From Burkholderiales bacterium (GTDB lineage: Bacteria; Pseudomonadota; Gammaproteobacteria; Burkholderiales; Eutrophovitaceae), in the NCBI GenBank assembly GCA_030834275.1, contig JAURFP010000004.1, positions 1,191 through 63,269 of the forward strand: a DNA stretch of 62,079 nt, given 5' to 3'. This document shows, piece by piece, positions 40,198 to 50,816 of this stretch. The position numbers were made by a program, and so were the translations under genes. Each line of letters begins with the position of its first letter. Position 1 is the stretch's first letter. Below the pieces are notes generated by a model. The model was not told the DNA's origin. It made no database searches and worked only from the letters and a program-made list of their open reading frames with translations.

Positions 40198-41537
40198 TAA
40201 CGATTCTCAGTCAATATCCGATCATCGGTGTTACGAGGTTTTCTGCGTCTTCTGCGGCGGCTAGTTTTTTTATCATCAACGTCATCCACCATGCTTCTTT
40301 GAAGTTCACTATCCGCAAACTGGAATTCATCCCACCAACGAACAAGCTCACTGTCGACTTGCCCAACTTGCGACCGAAGCTCTAGAAAATCAAAACCCGC
40401 TCTAAAACGAGGATGTCTGATTGCGCTAAGCGCTCTTTTCCCAGATCTGTTGAGTAAACGTCCCTGCAGATACCAAATATCCCTAATATCCGCGATCAGG
40501 CGTTTCGGAATTAATAACTGATTTTCCCTCTGATCCGTGACCATATCTATCGATTGAGCAAGTCTCATCATCGGTCGATCCGTTACATCATTTTTCAACC
40601 ATTGCCGATGAACTTCAGGCCAAAGAATTGCCGCAAAAATGAAGGAGGGAGACACCGACTTCCCCTGAGCGATTCGCTCGTCAGTTCGAAGAAGAACCAA
40701 GTTTATAAACGACTTATCATCCGTCTCAATGTAGTTTTTCTTTAGGGATGGCAAAAGAATTGTATGAAACTTAAACTTTACTAACTGGTCGACCGTATCC
40801 TTCGCAGCCCCCCCTTTTAGGATTTTCATCAACTCATCAAAAAGTCTCGCATCTGGAATATCAAGCAGTAGTTTTGATAGCTTCTTAAAGGGTGCTTGCG
40901 TTTTGTCCTCAATTTTCAAATTTAACTTAACTGAAAGTCGAATTGCTCGCAACATTCGAACCGGGTCCTCCCGGTAGCGCTCAGATGGGACACCAATCAT
41001 CTTCAACGACTTACGATGAAGATCGGCATACCCCGAACAAAAATCTAATACCTCTTCAGTTTCTGGGTCGTAGTAGAGCGAGTTAGCTGTAAAATCTCGC
41101 CGCTTGGCATCCTCTTCGATACTTCCAAAGTTGTTATCCCGAAGCACTCGACCAGACCGGCCACTGCTCTTTTCAGATTCTTTCGAGGAAACGGCCCTGA
41201 AGGTTGAAACCTCAATAATTTCGGGACCAAAATACACATGTACCAACTGAAATCTACGTCCAATAATTCTAGATCTTCGGAAAATACTTCGAATTTGCTC
41301 CGGGGTGGCATCGGTAACAACATCAAAATCTTTTGGTTGCTTTTTTAGAAGTAGATCGCGAACCGCACCACCAACGACATAGCCATCGAATCCATGATCA
41401 CGCAAACGACGGATAATTTTCAAAGCATTCACACTGAAGTTCTCAGACGATATGCGGTGCGTACTTTTAGGAATTCGCGTGGGCGCACTAGATGTCCCAG
41501 ACGAGCCTATAAGTTTTTTAAAAAACCGTGCAATCAT
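40197..41537 (-). CDS. pcnB: Poly(A) polymerase I
   Basis: GGAVRDLL, DFDV, IIGRRF, RRDFT, EDPVRMLRA, Arg-rich tail. Confidence 0.95.
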   Translation of the reverse strand: MIARFFKKLIGSSGTSSAPTRIPKSTHRISSENFSVNALKIIRRLRDHGFDGYVVGGAVRDLLLKKQPKDFDVVTDATPEQIRSIFRRSRIIGRRFQLVHVYFGPEIIEVSTFRAVSSKESEKSSGRSGRVLRDNNFGSIEEDAKRRDFTANSLYYDPETEEVLDFCSGYADLHRKSLKMIGVPSERYREDPVRMLRAIRLSVKLNLKIEDKTQAPFKKLSKLLLDIPDARLFDELMKILKGGAAKDTVDQLVKFKFHTILLPSLKKNYIETDDKSFINLVLLRTDERIAQGKSVSPSFIFAAILWPEVHRQWLKNDVTDRPMMRLAQSIDMVTDQRENQLLIPKRLIADIRDIWYLQGRLLNRSGKRALSAIRHPRFRAGFDFLELRSQVGQVDSELVRWWDEFQFADSELQRSMVDDVDDKKTSRRRRRRKPRNTDDRILTENR

Positions 41538-41583
41538 CTCAACATTTAATTAGTAAATACATCTCACGTCTTTTGGGGATACA

Positions 41584-42357
41584 TCAAATAGTTCCCAATG
41601 AAGGCACGAAAACATCTCGCTCACCGAATCTCCTAAGTTCAATCGAGCAACCAAATAACCTCGCCAGATTATCCTCAGTAAGAATCTCAGATTTTTGACC
41701 CGCGAGGTACCTGCCATCTTCAAATAACATGATCACGTGTGAGCACAGAGCACTAGCAAACATCACATCATGAAGTACCGCAATAACACCCGCACCTTTT
41801 GACCGAACAGCATCCTGAACATATCTCCCCAGTCGTATTTGCTGAGCTAAATCTAAGTTCTCAAACGGCTCATCTAAAAGTAAAAAATCAGTTTGTTGAG
41901 CAAATACACTGGCAAGCCGTGCTCGTTGCCTTTCGCCACCGGATAAAGCCCTGAAGGGACGATTTTCGAGACTTTCCAATTGTACCGTTTTCAGCGCCTC
42001 AACGACTGCAGTCTCACTCTCTGATGAGATCGAAAATAAGCGATTATCGTGGGGTAATCTACCAAGCAGAACGTACTCTCTGACCGTACCCCAATAATCG
42101 TGATGCTCCTCCTGCGCCAAGAATCCAATTTTCCGCGCTAGGTTTTTTGGTGGAATGGTCTTCATCGATGTTCCATCTATGAAGACCTCCCCAGATCTGG
42201 GATGATCAACCCGGGACATTAATCTTAATAACGAGGACTTTCCGACGCCATTAGGACCTAGCACCACCCAAAATTCTCCTCGCCGAATCGCCACATCAAT
42301 TCGATTTATCAGCAACCGACCCGAGCGCTGAACACTCAGACTTTTAAGCTCGAACAT
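41584..42357 (-). CDS. Cobalamin/iron-chelate ABC ATP-binding protein (BtuD/FecE-like)
   Basis: GPNGVGKS, LSGGERQR, LDEP, LHD. Confidence 0.88.
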   Translation of the reverse strand: MFELKSLSVQRSGRLLINRIDVAIRRGEFWVVLGPNGVGKSSLLRLMSRVDHPRSGEVFIDGTSMKTIPPKNLARKIGFLAQEEHHDYWGTVREYVLLGRLPHDNRLFSISSESETAVVEALKTVQLESLENRPFRALSGGERQRARLASVFAQQTDFLLLDEPFENLDLAQQIRLGRYVQDAVRSKGAGVIAVLHDVMFASALCSHVIMLFEDGRYLAGQKSEILTEDNLARLFGCSIELRRFGERDVFVPSLGTI

Positions 42358-43312
42358 TAGACTGCCTACCAAGCAAAGCGATTAAAACTGGCACTCCAAG
42401 AAGAGCCGTAAAAACCCCGACCGGCAATTGCACCGGTGCCCACACGGTTCTTGCGAGCGTATCTGCAAAAACTACTAGGAGCCCACCAAAACTTGCCGAA
42501 AGAATAATGAGGTGACGGTACCTCCAACCACCCAGTAAACGCACAATGTGAGGCACCACTAGACCAACAAATCCGATCGCGCCGGCATCTACCACGACAA
42601 CGGCCGTTGCAATCGCCGCGCCAAAATACAGAAAATACTCAAGCGTGATAACTGGAACTCCCAATGTGATCGCCCTTTCCCTGCCGAGCGTCAACGCATC
42701 GAGACTTGTCCCAAGGAACCAAGAGACGCATACGAGAATAACCAATAAAGACACAGCAAAAAGACTTGGCTCGGCATAAGTCAGATCCCCCATCAACCAA
42801 AACAACATCCCCTTCATCGCTAACGCTGGGGACAAAATCAACCCGAGGCTGATCGCGGCATTGAGTCCCGCAGAGACCATAACGCCAGTAAGAATTAAAC
42901 GATAAGGGTTCCAGTCCGAACCACGACGCGATAAGAAAACGACGACAAACATGACCAAACCCGCGCCGATAAAACCAAGTGCCGTCTGGCTAACTGTAAG
43001 GCTAAAAAATACTGCCGAGAGTACTCCAATTGCCGCACCACTAGACACGCCAAAAATATACGGATCTGCGAGCGGATTTCGTACGAGGGTTTGTATAAAA
43101 CATCCAGCTACGGAGAGAAGCGCACCCGCAACAAAAGCGGTGACGACTCGTGGCAGCCGAAGTCGAAATAGCACATCCCAGATAACACCTTCCCCAGTTC
43201 GGATTGCCGTGAAAAGTTCTGACCAGGAAATACTAACGCTACCAAACGAGATACATACGAGACTCGCGAATACACTCAGAAAAATAAGGATCAGAAGAGA
43301 GGGTAAACGCAT
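42344..43312 (-). CDS. FecCD/BtuC family ABC permease
   Basis: LRLPR, RNPLADPYIFGVSSGA, GFVGLVVPH, LPVG. Confidence 0.9.
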   Translation of the reverse strand: MRLPSLLILIFLSVFASLVCISFGSVSISWSELFTAIRTGEGVIWDVLFRLRLPRVVTAFVAGALLSVAGCFIQTLVRNPLADPYIFGVSSGAAIGVLSAVFFSLTVSQTALGFIGAGLVMFVVVFLSRRGSDWNPYRLILTGVMVSAGLNAAISLGLILSPALAMKGMLFWLMGDLTYAEPSLFAVSLLVILVCVSWFLGTSLDALTLGRERAITLGVPVITLEYFLYFGAAIATAVVVVDAGAIGFVGLVVPHIVRLLGGWRYRHLIILSASFGGLLVVFADTLARTVWAPVQLPVGVFTALLGVPVLIALLGRQSNVRA

Positions 43313-43336
43313 AACAATCAAACGAAACCTCTCACG

Positions 43337-44002
43337 TTAGGGCTCATCCCTCAGAGATAGAACCTCCCACCCGACCGATTTCGCGTGTTGCAGTAAATTT
43401 ATATCTGGATCTACCACGACAGGAACTGAAACCTCATTTAGTAATGGCAGATCGTTGATTGAATCGCTGAAAAAAATAGTTTCATCAAAAGACTCCCAAG
43501 TTCGCCCGATTGAATGGAGCCATTCATGAACTCGTGTAACCTTACCCTCCCGAAAAGAGGGTAAACCCACCACCCCACCCGTAAACTCTCCTTCTATTTG
43601 CTCAGGCTCGGTGGCGATCAAGTTCTCAATGCCAAATTCCTCTGCGATCGGCTTTGTGATGAACGAATTCGTAGCGGTGACGATCGCCACAAGATCAGAG
43701 TGATATTTTTGAACTAAGTCTCGAGCGCCTTGAGTAATCATCGGACGCACTTTTTGACTCATAAACTCGCCGTGCCACAGATCGAGCTGGCTGCGTTTGT
43801 GTTGACCCAGTGGCTTCAGCTGAAAATCCAAAAACTCCTCTATATCAAGAACGCCAGCGACGTAGGCCTTGTAGAACTCTTCATTGCGCCGCTCGTATAT
43901 TTCCCGATCTAGAACACCTTTCGTAATTAAAAATTGTGCCCACTCGTAGTCGCTATCGCCATCTAGGAGTGTATTATCGAGATCAAATAGTACAAGCTTC
44001 AC
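43337..44002 (-). CDS. HAD-IB family phosphatase
   Basis: FDLDNTL, VTATN, GKV, FSDSINDLPLL. Confidence 0.9.
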   Translation of the reverse strand: MKLVLFDLDNTLLDGDSDYEWAQFLITKGVLDREIYERRNEEFYKAYVAGVLDIEEFLDFQLKPLGQHKRSQLDLWHGEFMSQKVRPMITQGARDLVQKYHSDLVAIVTATNSFITKPIAEEFGIENLIATEPEQIEGEFTGGVVGLPSFREGKVTRVHEWLHSIGRTWESFDETIFFSDSINDLPLLNEVSVPVVVDPDINLLQHAKSVGWEVLSLRDEP

Positions 44003-44044
44003 GTCGACTCATTTCTCTAAAAATTATTTACGATTAGCGGCTGC

Positions 44045-44725
44045 TTAGTCAGCCCGCCCGTCCAGAAGGTCCAAGAATTCTCGCACCAACGGAACAGTCA
44101 CTTTTCTTTTGACTTCGAGAGAGTACCTATCGAGACCCTCCAAGAGCGAGAGCAAACTAAAAAGGTCACGGCGGTAATGACTCAAAACGTAGGAAATCAC
44201 CTCTCGCGCAAGCAAAAACCCCTTGTCATGCGCAAAATCTTGCATTGCTTGTATTTTATCAACTTCCTCGAGGGGCTTGACTTGGTAAACTAGTCCCCAC
44301 CCAAGTCTCGTTACAACATCTGCTCGCAAATTTAGCGCATGCGGCGGCACAGATCCAAATGCGATGACTAACCCCGAACCCTCTCTGATGGTGTTGTAGG
44401 CGTTGAAGAACTTGATTTGAGTCTCAGCTAAAAGCCCATCAACATTTTCGGCAAACACAAACTCATCACCACGAAGATCATTGACCGAATCTAACCGATC
44501 AAAATTCAAACAAACTTTTTTGTGTTCTTCACAGAAACTCAGAAAAGATTGTGCGAGATGCGTTTTACCTGCCCCAGACTCTCCCCACACGTACATAAAC
44601 CGCTCTTTACCCTCACCCCGAAGCATTGCCATCAAAGAACCCAAGAGCTCTTGGTTACGTCCAGTAATAAAATTATCGAACGTCGGCTTGGGTGGCGCTT
44701 TTAGTTCGAATGTGAGCTGACGCAT
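44045..44725 (-). CDS. hda: DnaA regulatory inactivator Hda
   Basis: N-terminal QLTF clamp-binding motif, FDNF..G.N, GESGAGKTHL, TRLGWG. Confidence 0.93.
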   Translation of the reverse strand: MRQLTFELKAPPKPTFDNFITGRNQELLGSLMAMLRGEGKERFMYVWGESGAGKTHLAQSFLSFCEEHKKVCLNFDRLDSVNDLRGDEFVFAENVDGLLAETQIKFFNAYNTIREGSGLVIAFGSVPPHALNLRADVVTRLGWGLVYQVKPLEEVDKIQAMQDFAHDKGFLLAREVISYVLSHYRRDLFSLLSLLEGLDRYSLEVKRKVTVPLVREFLDLLDGRAD

Positions 44726-44936
44726 AACAATGATCTCAATTTGAAAGTACTGACGAACCGATAACTTGAGAGAATGGTTTCAGCGATTTCATGGCCAAAG
44801 AAAACCATAAAAAAAGCCGGTAAAATTCTGGTTTATTGAATGGGCACCATTCTAACAGCGTCGAGATCGAATCGGATTAGAAGCGAACCAAGGTTTATTG
44901 ATGCGCTGATCAGCTTTTCTCAATAACCAAATAATT

Positions 44937-46007
44937 ATGAAGACTCCGGAATCAGATCAGAAAAACAACATACCAGCGAACACACTGACTTACCGAGACG
45001 CGGGCGTGGATATCGATGCCGGTGAGCGACTCGTCAAAAATATTAAACCTCTCGCAAAGAAGACTAACCGGCCAGGACTACTCGGCGGCCTTGGGGGCTT
45101 CGGTGCGTTGTTTGAAATCCCAAAAACATTCAAAAATCCGGTGTTGGTCACCGGAACCGATGGGGTGGGCACCAAGCTTAAACTCGCCAATGAGCTAAAC
45201 CGGCACGATACGATTGGGATTGATTTGGTTGCGATGAGCGTAAACGATATTTTGGTACAAGGGGCAGAGCCACTTTTTTTCCTCGATTACTTTTCATGTG
45301 GAAAACTCAATGTTGATTTGGCAACGAGTGTGATCGGAGGAATCGCTCGTGGTTGCGAAATCTCTAATTGCGCTCTGATCGGCGGTGAGACAGCTGAGAT
45401 GCCGGGAATGTATCCAGGTGATGAGTACGACCTGGCAGGTTTCGCGGTTGGGGCGGTGGAAAAAGAGAAAATATTAACGGGAGCTGAAATCGAAGCGGGT
45501 GATACCATCCTCGGATTGGCGAGCAGTGGCGCTCACTCAAATGGTTACTCGTTGATTCGCAAAATCATCGCTTCTAACGGTATCGATCTCAACGAGAAAA
45601 TTGGTGATCGCACGCTAGCAGATTTGGTACTCGAACCCACGCGTATCTATGTGCCCTCAGTTTTAGAAGCCTTGAGGACCGATACGATTAAAGGCTTAGC
45701 CCACATCACTGGGGGTGGTCTTGTTGAAAATATTCCCCGGATTCTTCCCGACCATACGGTTGCTGAAATCCAACTCGGTAGCTGGTCGCGCCCGGCGCTG
45801 TTCGATTGGTTACAAAGGGCTGGCCATGTTGAGGTGTTGGAGATGAATCGCGTATTCAATTGCGGAATTGGCATGGTCGTCATTTGTGACAAATCAAACA
45901 CCACAGCTCTGAAAGAGTTACTCGCAAAACTTGGGGAACAGGTTTTTGAGATTGGCACCATCAGACAACGTAATGGCAATGAACATCAGACACAATTGAT
46001 ATCGTAA
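44937..46007 (+). CDS. purM: Phosphoribosylformylglycinamidine cyclo-ligase
   Basis: [39 protein letters not shown]. Confidence 0.97.
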   Translation: MKTPESDQKNNIPANTLTYRDAGVDIDAGERLVKNIKPLAKKTNRPGLLGGLGGFGALFEIPKTFKNPVLVTGTDGVGTKLKLANELNRHDTIGIDLVAMSVNDILVQGAEPLFFLDYFSCGKLNVDLATSVIGGIARGCEISNCALIGGETAEMPGMYPGDEYDLAGFAVGAVEKEKILTGAEIEAGDTILGLASSGAHSNGYSLIRKIIASNGIDLNEKIGDRTLADLVLEPTRIYVPSVLEALRTDTIKGLAHITGGGLVENIPRILPDHTVAEIQLGSWSRPALFDWLQRAGHVEVLEMNRVFNCGIGMVVICDKSNTTALKELLAKLGEQVFEIGTIRQRNGNEHQTQLIS

Positions 46008-46009
46008 TT

Positions 46010-46639
46010 ATGAAAAAGATTGCAATCTTAATTTCCGGCCGTGGAAGCAATTTAGAAGCAATCGTCTCAGCCAAACCCGCCTGCGAGATAGCAGTCGTAG
46101 TTAGTAACCGCCCCGATGCTTTGGGCCTGAAATTCGCAGAAAAACAAAACATTCCAACAGAGGTTGTAGATCATAAAAACTTCTCGAGCCGAGAGGCATT
46201 TGACAAAGCCTTGCTCGAAACGCTGAAAAAGTATGAACCTGATTTAATCGTACTTGCTGGATTCATGCGTATCCTCACGGAAAAGTTTATTAACGCGTAC
46301 CCGAGGAAAGTAGTGAACATTCACCCCTCTCTACTCCCGGCATTCACGGGCCTCGATACACATCAAAGGGCAATTGACGCGGGCGTCAGATTACACGGGT
46401 GCACGGTGCATTTTGTGACGCCAGAGTTAGACCATGGGCCAATTATTGCGCAAGCTGCAGTACCGGTACTCCAAGGTGATAGCGCGGAATCACTTGCGGC
46501 TCGGGTACTCGAGGAAGAACATCGCATTTACCCGATGGCTATCCAATGGATTTGCAAAGCCGAGTGTTCGATTAACGGTAATACCGTCTCTTTGATGGGT
46601 GCCGCGAAAGATCGTGGGTTGTCATTTTACAAATGCTAA
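46010..46639 (+). CDS. purN: Phosphoribosylglycinamide formyltransferase
   Basis: SGRGSN, LAGFMRIL, NIHPSLLP, GCTVH, LDHGP. Confidence 0.97.
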   Translation: MKKIAILISGRGSNLEAIVSAKPACEIAVVVSNRPDALGLKFAEKQNIPTEVVDHKNFSSREAFDKALLETLKKYEPDLIVLAGFMRILTEKFINAYPRKVVNIHPSLLPAFTGLDTHQRAIDAGVRLHGCTVHFVTPELDHGPIIAQAAVPVLQGDSAESLAARVLEEEHRIYPMAIQWICKAECSINGNTVSLMGAAKDRGLSFYKC

Positions 46640-47370
46640 CCAAAGCTATGCCTTACAAACACCTCAAATACGCACTAATTTCTGTTGCGCTCACTCTATG
46701 CTTTGCGCAAACAGCAAGAAGCAATGAGAAAGTTTTGCCCCCAGAGAACCTGTTAACTCAGTTCGAGATAACCATGGGTAAATTAGTAATTGGTCGTGGT
46801 GAAGATCAACTCAGCCACAATGGAGTAACTTACACCTTAACCAGCAAAACCCAACCCAAAGGAGTAGCCAAGCTCTTCCTCGATGAAATCATCCGAGAGA
46901 GCAAAGGAGCAATCACAAGTTCTGGGGTCGTTCCATCAGAATTTCATGAAACTGGCAACGAAAAACGGGGGAATCTCTCCGCCGACTTCGATTGGAAAAA
47001 TAAACGCCTGACTCTCCGTAGGAATGAGTCAAAGGAGGATGTTGAGCTTCCAAAGTCTACGCTTGACCAAGCCATACTCCCCTACTCTTTTTCCTTCTCA
47101 TCGATTAAGAAAGAAAACAGTGTGATTTATTTGACCGATGGGAAAAAATTGAAAAAATATACCTATGAGTATGTTGGCGATGAGACGATCGAAACCACAC
47201 TTGGGAAATTGGAGTGCTTCCATTTCCGTAAGCGGAGAGAGGAAGCCAACTCTAGAGGATTCGAGTTTTGGCTATCGAAGTCACACCATAATTTACCAGT
47301 CAAAATTCGGTTTATCGGAAAAGGCGAGAGAACATTCGAGTCAACGATTACCGCGATAGACTACAAATAA
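46633..47370 (+). CDS. Exported DUF3108-like protein
   Basis: Signal peptide; beta-rich; ETIETTLG..., FWLS...LPVKIR; typical position after purN. Confidence 0.75.
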   Translation: MLTKAMPYKHLKYALISVALTLCFAQTARSNEKVLPPENLLTQFEITMGKLVIGRGEDQLSHNGVTYTLTSKTQPKGVAKLFLDEIIRESKGAITSSGVVPSEFHETGNEKRGNLSADFDWKNKRLTLRRNESKEDVELPKSTLDQAILPYSFSFSSIKKENSVIYLTDGKKLKKYTYEYVGDETIETTLGKLECFHFRKRREEANSRGFEFWLSKSHHNLPVKIRFIGKGERTFESTITAIDYK

Positions 47371-47380
47371 TTTTTATCTC

Positions 47381-48637
47381 GTGAACAAAACTATATTTGA
47401 AGCGGCCGTTAAGTCTGCTGGCCTCGCGCTTACTTTCAAGAATCCCGCTGACCAAACGCTTTCGCGTTTTTTTAGAGAAAACCGCAACTTTGGGCCGCGA
47501 GAACGCCAACAGATAGCGGAGATCGTTTACTCAGTCATACGTCACAAAAGATTTTTGGAGTGCTCTCTTGGCCAAACGGACGTCCGACTTATTTGCCTAC
47601 TTGCGTTAAATAAGATCATGGGATTTTCGCACTCAGCACTTAGCAACGTTGCGACAAATCGAGAGATGAGGGCACTGGAAGCCAATGCCGCCGCAAAACC
47701 CACTGAACTGACTCCCGCGGAAAAGTTTTCTTTACCCGATTGGCTCTGGGATCGCCTAACCAACACTTTTGGAAACGACAGGAGTGCGCAGCTAGCGCAA
47801 TCACTTTTGCGTAAGGCTAATTTCGATGTTCGGGTAAATACCGTCAAGAGCGACCGCAAAAAAATATTAGACGCGCTCAACGAATCTGACATTTCTGCCT
47901 CACCAACACGGTTATCCCCAATTGGTATTCACATCAAGAACAATATTGGCCTTGAGAAACAACCTCTTTTTCTCGATGGAATGTTCGAAGTGCAGGATGA
48001 GGGAAGCCAAATCTTGTGCCAGTTGGTAGACGCCCGTAGAGGTCAGATGGTCGTAGATTTCTGCGCTGGTGCGGGTGGAAAAACGCTCGCTCTGGGGGCA
48101 TCGATGAGCAATCAAGGTCGAATCTATGCGATGGACGTATCAGCTGCGCGACTCGTTCGCATGAAGCCCAGGCTTAAACGGTCTGGGCTGTCGAACGTCT
48201 TTCCACAAGTAATAGGAAGCGAAAACGATCCCCGCTTAAAGCGACTATCTGGGAAAATGGATCGGGTATTAATTGATGCACCGTGCACTGGGTTTGGGAC
48301 TCTGCGAAGAAATCCAGACTTAAAATGGCGCAAGAGTGCCGATGATATCGCTGAGCTCAGCGCTAAGCAGCTAAATATATTGAACGCGGCGAGCCGCTTA
48401 GCAAAAGTTGGAGGGCGGGTTATTTATGCGACTTGCAGCATTCTAGAAGAGGAGAATGAGGGCGTTATCGATGCGTTCCTCAGCCAAAATATGGAGAAGT
48501 TCAAGGTGTTGGACACGCGCGAAATTCTTGCAAAACGAAGCATCAATCTTCCCCACACGTCTCCTTACCTGAAACTCTTCCCAGATGAACATCAGTGCGA
48601 CGGCTTCTTTGGCGCTGTTCTAGAGCGTACGTCGTAA
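47381..48637 (+). CDS. RsmB/NOP family RNA m5C methyltransferase
   Basis: VQDEGSQ, DFCAGAGGK, DAPCTG, YATCS..EENE, DGFF. Confidence 0.92.
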   Translation: MNKTIFEAAVKSAGLALTFKNPADQTLSRFFRENRNFGPRERQQIAEIVYSVIRHKRFLECSLGQTDVRLICLLALNKIMGFSHSALSNVATNREMRALEANAAAKPTELTPAEKFSLPDWLWDRLTNTFGNDRSAQLAQSLLRKANFDVRVNTVKSDRKKILDALNESDISASPTRLSPIGIHIKNNIGLEKQPLFLDGMFEVQDEGSQILCQLVDARRGQMVVDFCAGAGGKTLALGASMSNQGRIYAMDVSAARLVRMKPRLKRSGLSNVFPQVIGSENDPRLKRLSGKMDRVLIDAPCTGFGTLRRNPDLKWRKSADDIAELSAKQLNILNAASRLAKVGGRVIYATCSILEEENEGVIDAFLSQNMEKFKVLDTREILAKRSINLPHTSPYLKLFPDEHQCDGFFGAVLERTS

Positions 48638-48730
48638 AAGCTACATCTTGAGGATTGTGCAACCTTGTTTACAACATAGAGTGGCTACCTGGTTTAAAAT
48701 ATAGGTTCTATTTACTAACAAGGCTTGCGG

Positions 48731-49936
48731 ATGGAAAAACTATCGTCTCTTAGCTCGACTGGGTGGCTCAATGGTCTAATTGACCTTCCATGGTGGGGCT
48801 ACATTTTGGTGGCACTAGCCTTCACCCACATCACCATCGCCTCTGTCACCATTTACCTACACCGTCATTCTGCCCACAGAGCATTAGATTTACACCCGAG
48901 TGTTGCGCACTTCTTTAGATTTTGGCTATGGCTCACAACAGGAATGGTGACCAAAGCGTGGACTGCGATTCACCGCAAGCACCATGCGAAGTGTGAGACA
49001 GAAGAAGATCCGCATAGCCCACAGATTGCTGGTCTCAAGAAAGTCGTATTAGAGGGCGCAGAGCTTTACCGAGATGAAGCAAAAAATAAAGAGACACTGG
49101 AAAAATACGGACATGGAACTCCAGATGACTGGGTCGAAAAAAATGTTTACTCTGCGCATGAAGCGCTTGGTATTTGGGCGATGTTTGTCGTTGACATCGT
49201 GCTCTTTGGAGCCATCGGCATAACTATTTGGGCTATACAAATGTTGTGGATCCCAATTTTTGCGGCGGGAGTTATCAATGGCGTTGGACACGCACTTGGC
49301 TACCGAAACTTCAACGTGAACGATGCAAGTACTAACATTGTTCCGTGGGGAATACTGATTGGTGGCGAAGAGCTTCATAACAATCACCATGCCTACGCGT
49401 CGTCGGCGAAGCTCTCGTCTCGTTGGTTCGAGTTTGATATCGGTTGGCTTTATATAAGAACGCTTGAAATTTTGGGACTCGCGAAAGTTAAACGTCTGAC
49501 ACCAAAAATTGAGCGTTCATCCCAGAAGGAAAACGTGGACGCCGGAACTCTACAAGCGATTATCACCCATCGTTGGGATGTACTCGCGAAGTTTTCAGAT
49601 TCGATCAAATCAACGTGTATCGAGGAGATCCGAAAGATCGCCGAGCAACATCAATTCACCAAACCAGATATTCACAGATGGTTAAAACTCGATAAAAAAT
49701 TCATAAATCCCTCGGAAATTGACCAGGTGGAGCGATTCGCTGAGAAGAGCTCAGTTCTAAAGACCGTCATTACGATGAGAGAGGAGCTCACTCAGCTTTG
49801 GGCTAAGTCATCCGACTCTAAAGAGCACTTGCTGGAACAGCTTCGCGACTGGTGTAGGCGCGCGGAACAATCTGGCATATCGCCTTTGAAAGAGTTTGCG
49901 AACTCGTTGAAGGGCTACGCAATAGCAACGAGATAG
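48731..49936 (+). CDS. desA: Delta-9 acyl-CoA (fatty acid) desaturase
   Basis: His boxes HRHSAH, HRKHH, HNNHH. Confidence 0.9.
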   Translation: MEKLSSLSSTGWLNGLIDLPWWGYILVALAFTHITIASVTIYLHRHSAHRALDLHPSVAHFFRFWLWLTTGMVTKAWTAIHRKHHAKCETEEDPHSPQIAGLKKVVLEGAELYRDEAKNKETLEKYGHGTPDDWVEKNVYSAHEALGIWAMFVVDIVLFGAIGITIWAIQMLWIPIFAAGVINGVGHALGYRNFNVNDASTNIVPWGILIGGEELHNNHHAYASSAKLSSRWFEFDIGWLYIRTLEILGLAKVKRLTPKIERSSQKENVDAGTLQAIITHRWDVLAKFSDSIKSTCIEEIRKIAEQHQFTKPDIHRWLKLDKKFINPSEIDQVERFAEKSSVLKTVITMREELTQLWAKSSDSKEHLLEQLRDWCRRAEQSGISPLKEFANSLKGYAIATR

Positions 49937-49950
49937 GACTTTCTTGAGAG

Positions 49951-49985
49951 CATTAAAAAACCCGCCAATGGCGGGTTTTTTAATG
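49951..49985. terminator. Bidirectional intrinsic terminator
   Basis: CATTAAAAAACCCGCC-aat-GGCGGGTTTTTTAATG between convergent desA and rpmG. Confidence 0.9.
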
Positions 49986-49995
49986 AATAAAGATC

Positions 49996-50151
49996 TTACT
50001 TGAGTTTCGTCTCTTTATAGATCACGTGCTTCCTCGCTACGGGATCAAATTTCTTCATCTCCATCTTATCCGGAGTGTTCTTTTTATTCTTGGTAGTCGT
50101 GTAGAAGTGCCCAGTGCCAGCACTAGACTCTAGTTTAATTTTCTCTCTCAT
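49996..50151 (-). CDS. rpmG: 50S ribosomal protein L33
   Basis: Not in the ORF track; manual translation [51 protein letters not shown] (51 aa). Confidence 0.97.
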   Translation of the reverse strand: MREKIKLESSAGTGHFYTTTKNKKNTPDKMEMKKFDPVARKHVIYKETKLK

Positions 50152-50176
50152 GCCGTCTCTCCGCCTGGATGTTTAG

Positions 50177-50413
50177 TTAGATAGCCTCGCCGCGAGCTCT
50201 CATTTCAGCCAGCACGACATCAACGCCTTTTTTATCGATCGTTCTAAGTCCCGCTCTAGAAAGTCTAAGCTTAACCCATCGGTTTTCGCTCTCGACCCAG
50301 ATTCTCTTCACCTGCAAATTGGGTAAGAAGCGACGCTTTGTCTTGTTGTTTGCGTGGGAAACGTTGTTTCCACTCATCGGCTTCTTGCCGGTTATCTGAC
50401 ATACTCTAGACAT
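50177..50413 (-). CDS. rpmB: 50S ribosomal protein L28
   Basis: [10 protein letters not shown]...[19 protein letters not shown]; start at 50413 gives 78 aa. Confidence 0.97.
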   Translation of the reverse strand: MSRVCQITGKKPMSGNNVSHANNKTKRRFLPNLQVKRIWVESENRWVKLRLSRAGLRTIDKKGVDVVLAEMRARGEAI

Positions 50414-50640
50414 GGTTGTAAGACCTTTATTCAATAAAATCCGCTATTTCGGAAGCCCGACTTTATATCATATTTTTGGGCCTTTGATCAAGGACAGATG
50501 CCATCTCATGACGTGCGGCGCTAGGTGTGCGTCGCAATATACTTTTTCTACATACTGAAAATGCCAAAAATCCCCGCAACTATATGTTTTACTGAGTAAA
50601 ATTTTTCCAAAAGAAACATGAAAAAAACTTCAAATTTGGC

Positions 50641-50669
50641 TTGAGAAGTCTATTCTCCCATAGTAGGCT
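50641..50669 (+). promoter_or_regulatory. Putative sigma70 promoter of the lactonase-ABC cassette
   Basis: TTGAGA-17 nt-TAGGCT, followed by a hairpin-rich leader of about 140 nt and a GAGGAGGAG RBS. Confidence 0.45.
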
Positions 50670-50816
50670 AGTACAGCTTGTATTAGCTGCATAGCCCTCC
50701 TAAAACTAGAAAGCGAAGAGGGCTAAGTATCAGGGCATCTTGGGAATTACTTTCCGACCCGAAAAAGTCAGTCAGGTTCTCAGGGCGCATGTTTCAAAAT
50801 GAGGAGGAGTAGAGTT

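Noticed and set aside
49500-49936. Helical C-terminal domain of the desaturase, sometimes annotated as transposase-like
   Set aside because: Normal tail of proteobacterial DesA; no DDE motif or terminal repeats
50735-50790. Glycine riboswitch suggested by the TCTCAGG string
   Set aside because: The GGAGA and CCGAAG elements of the aptamer are missing
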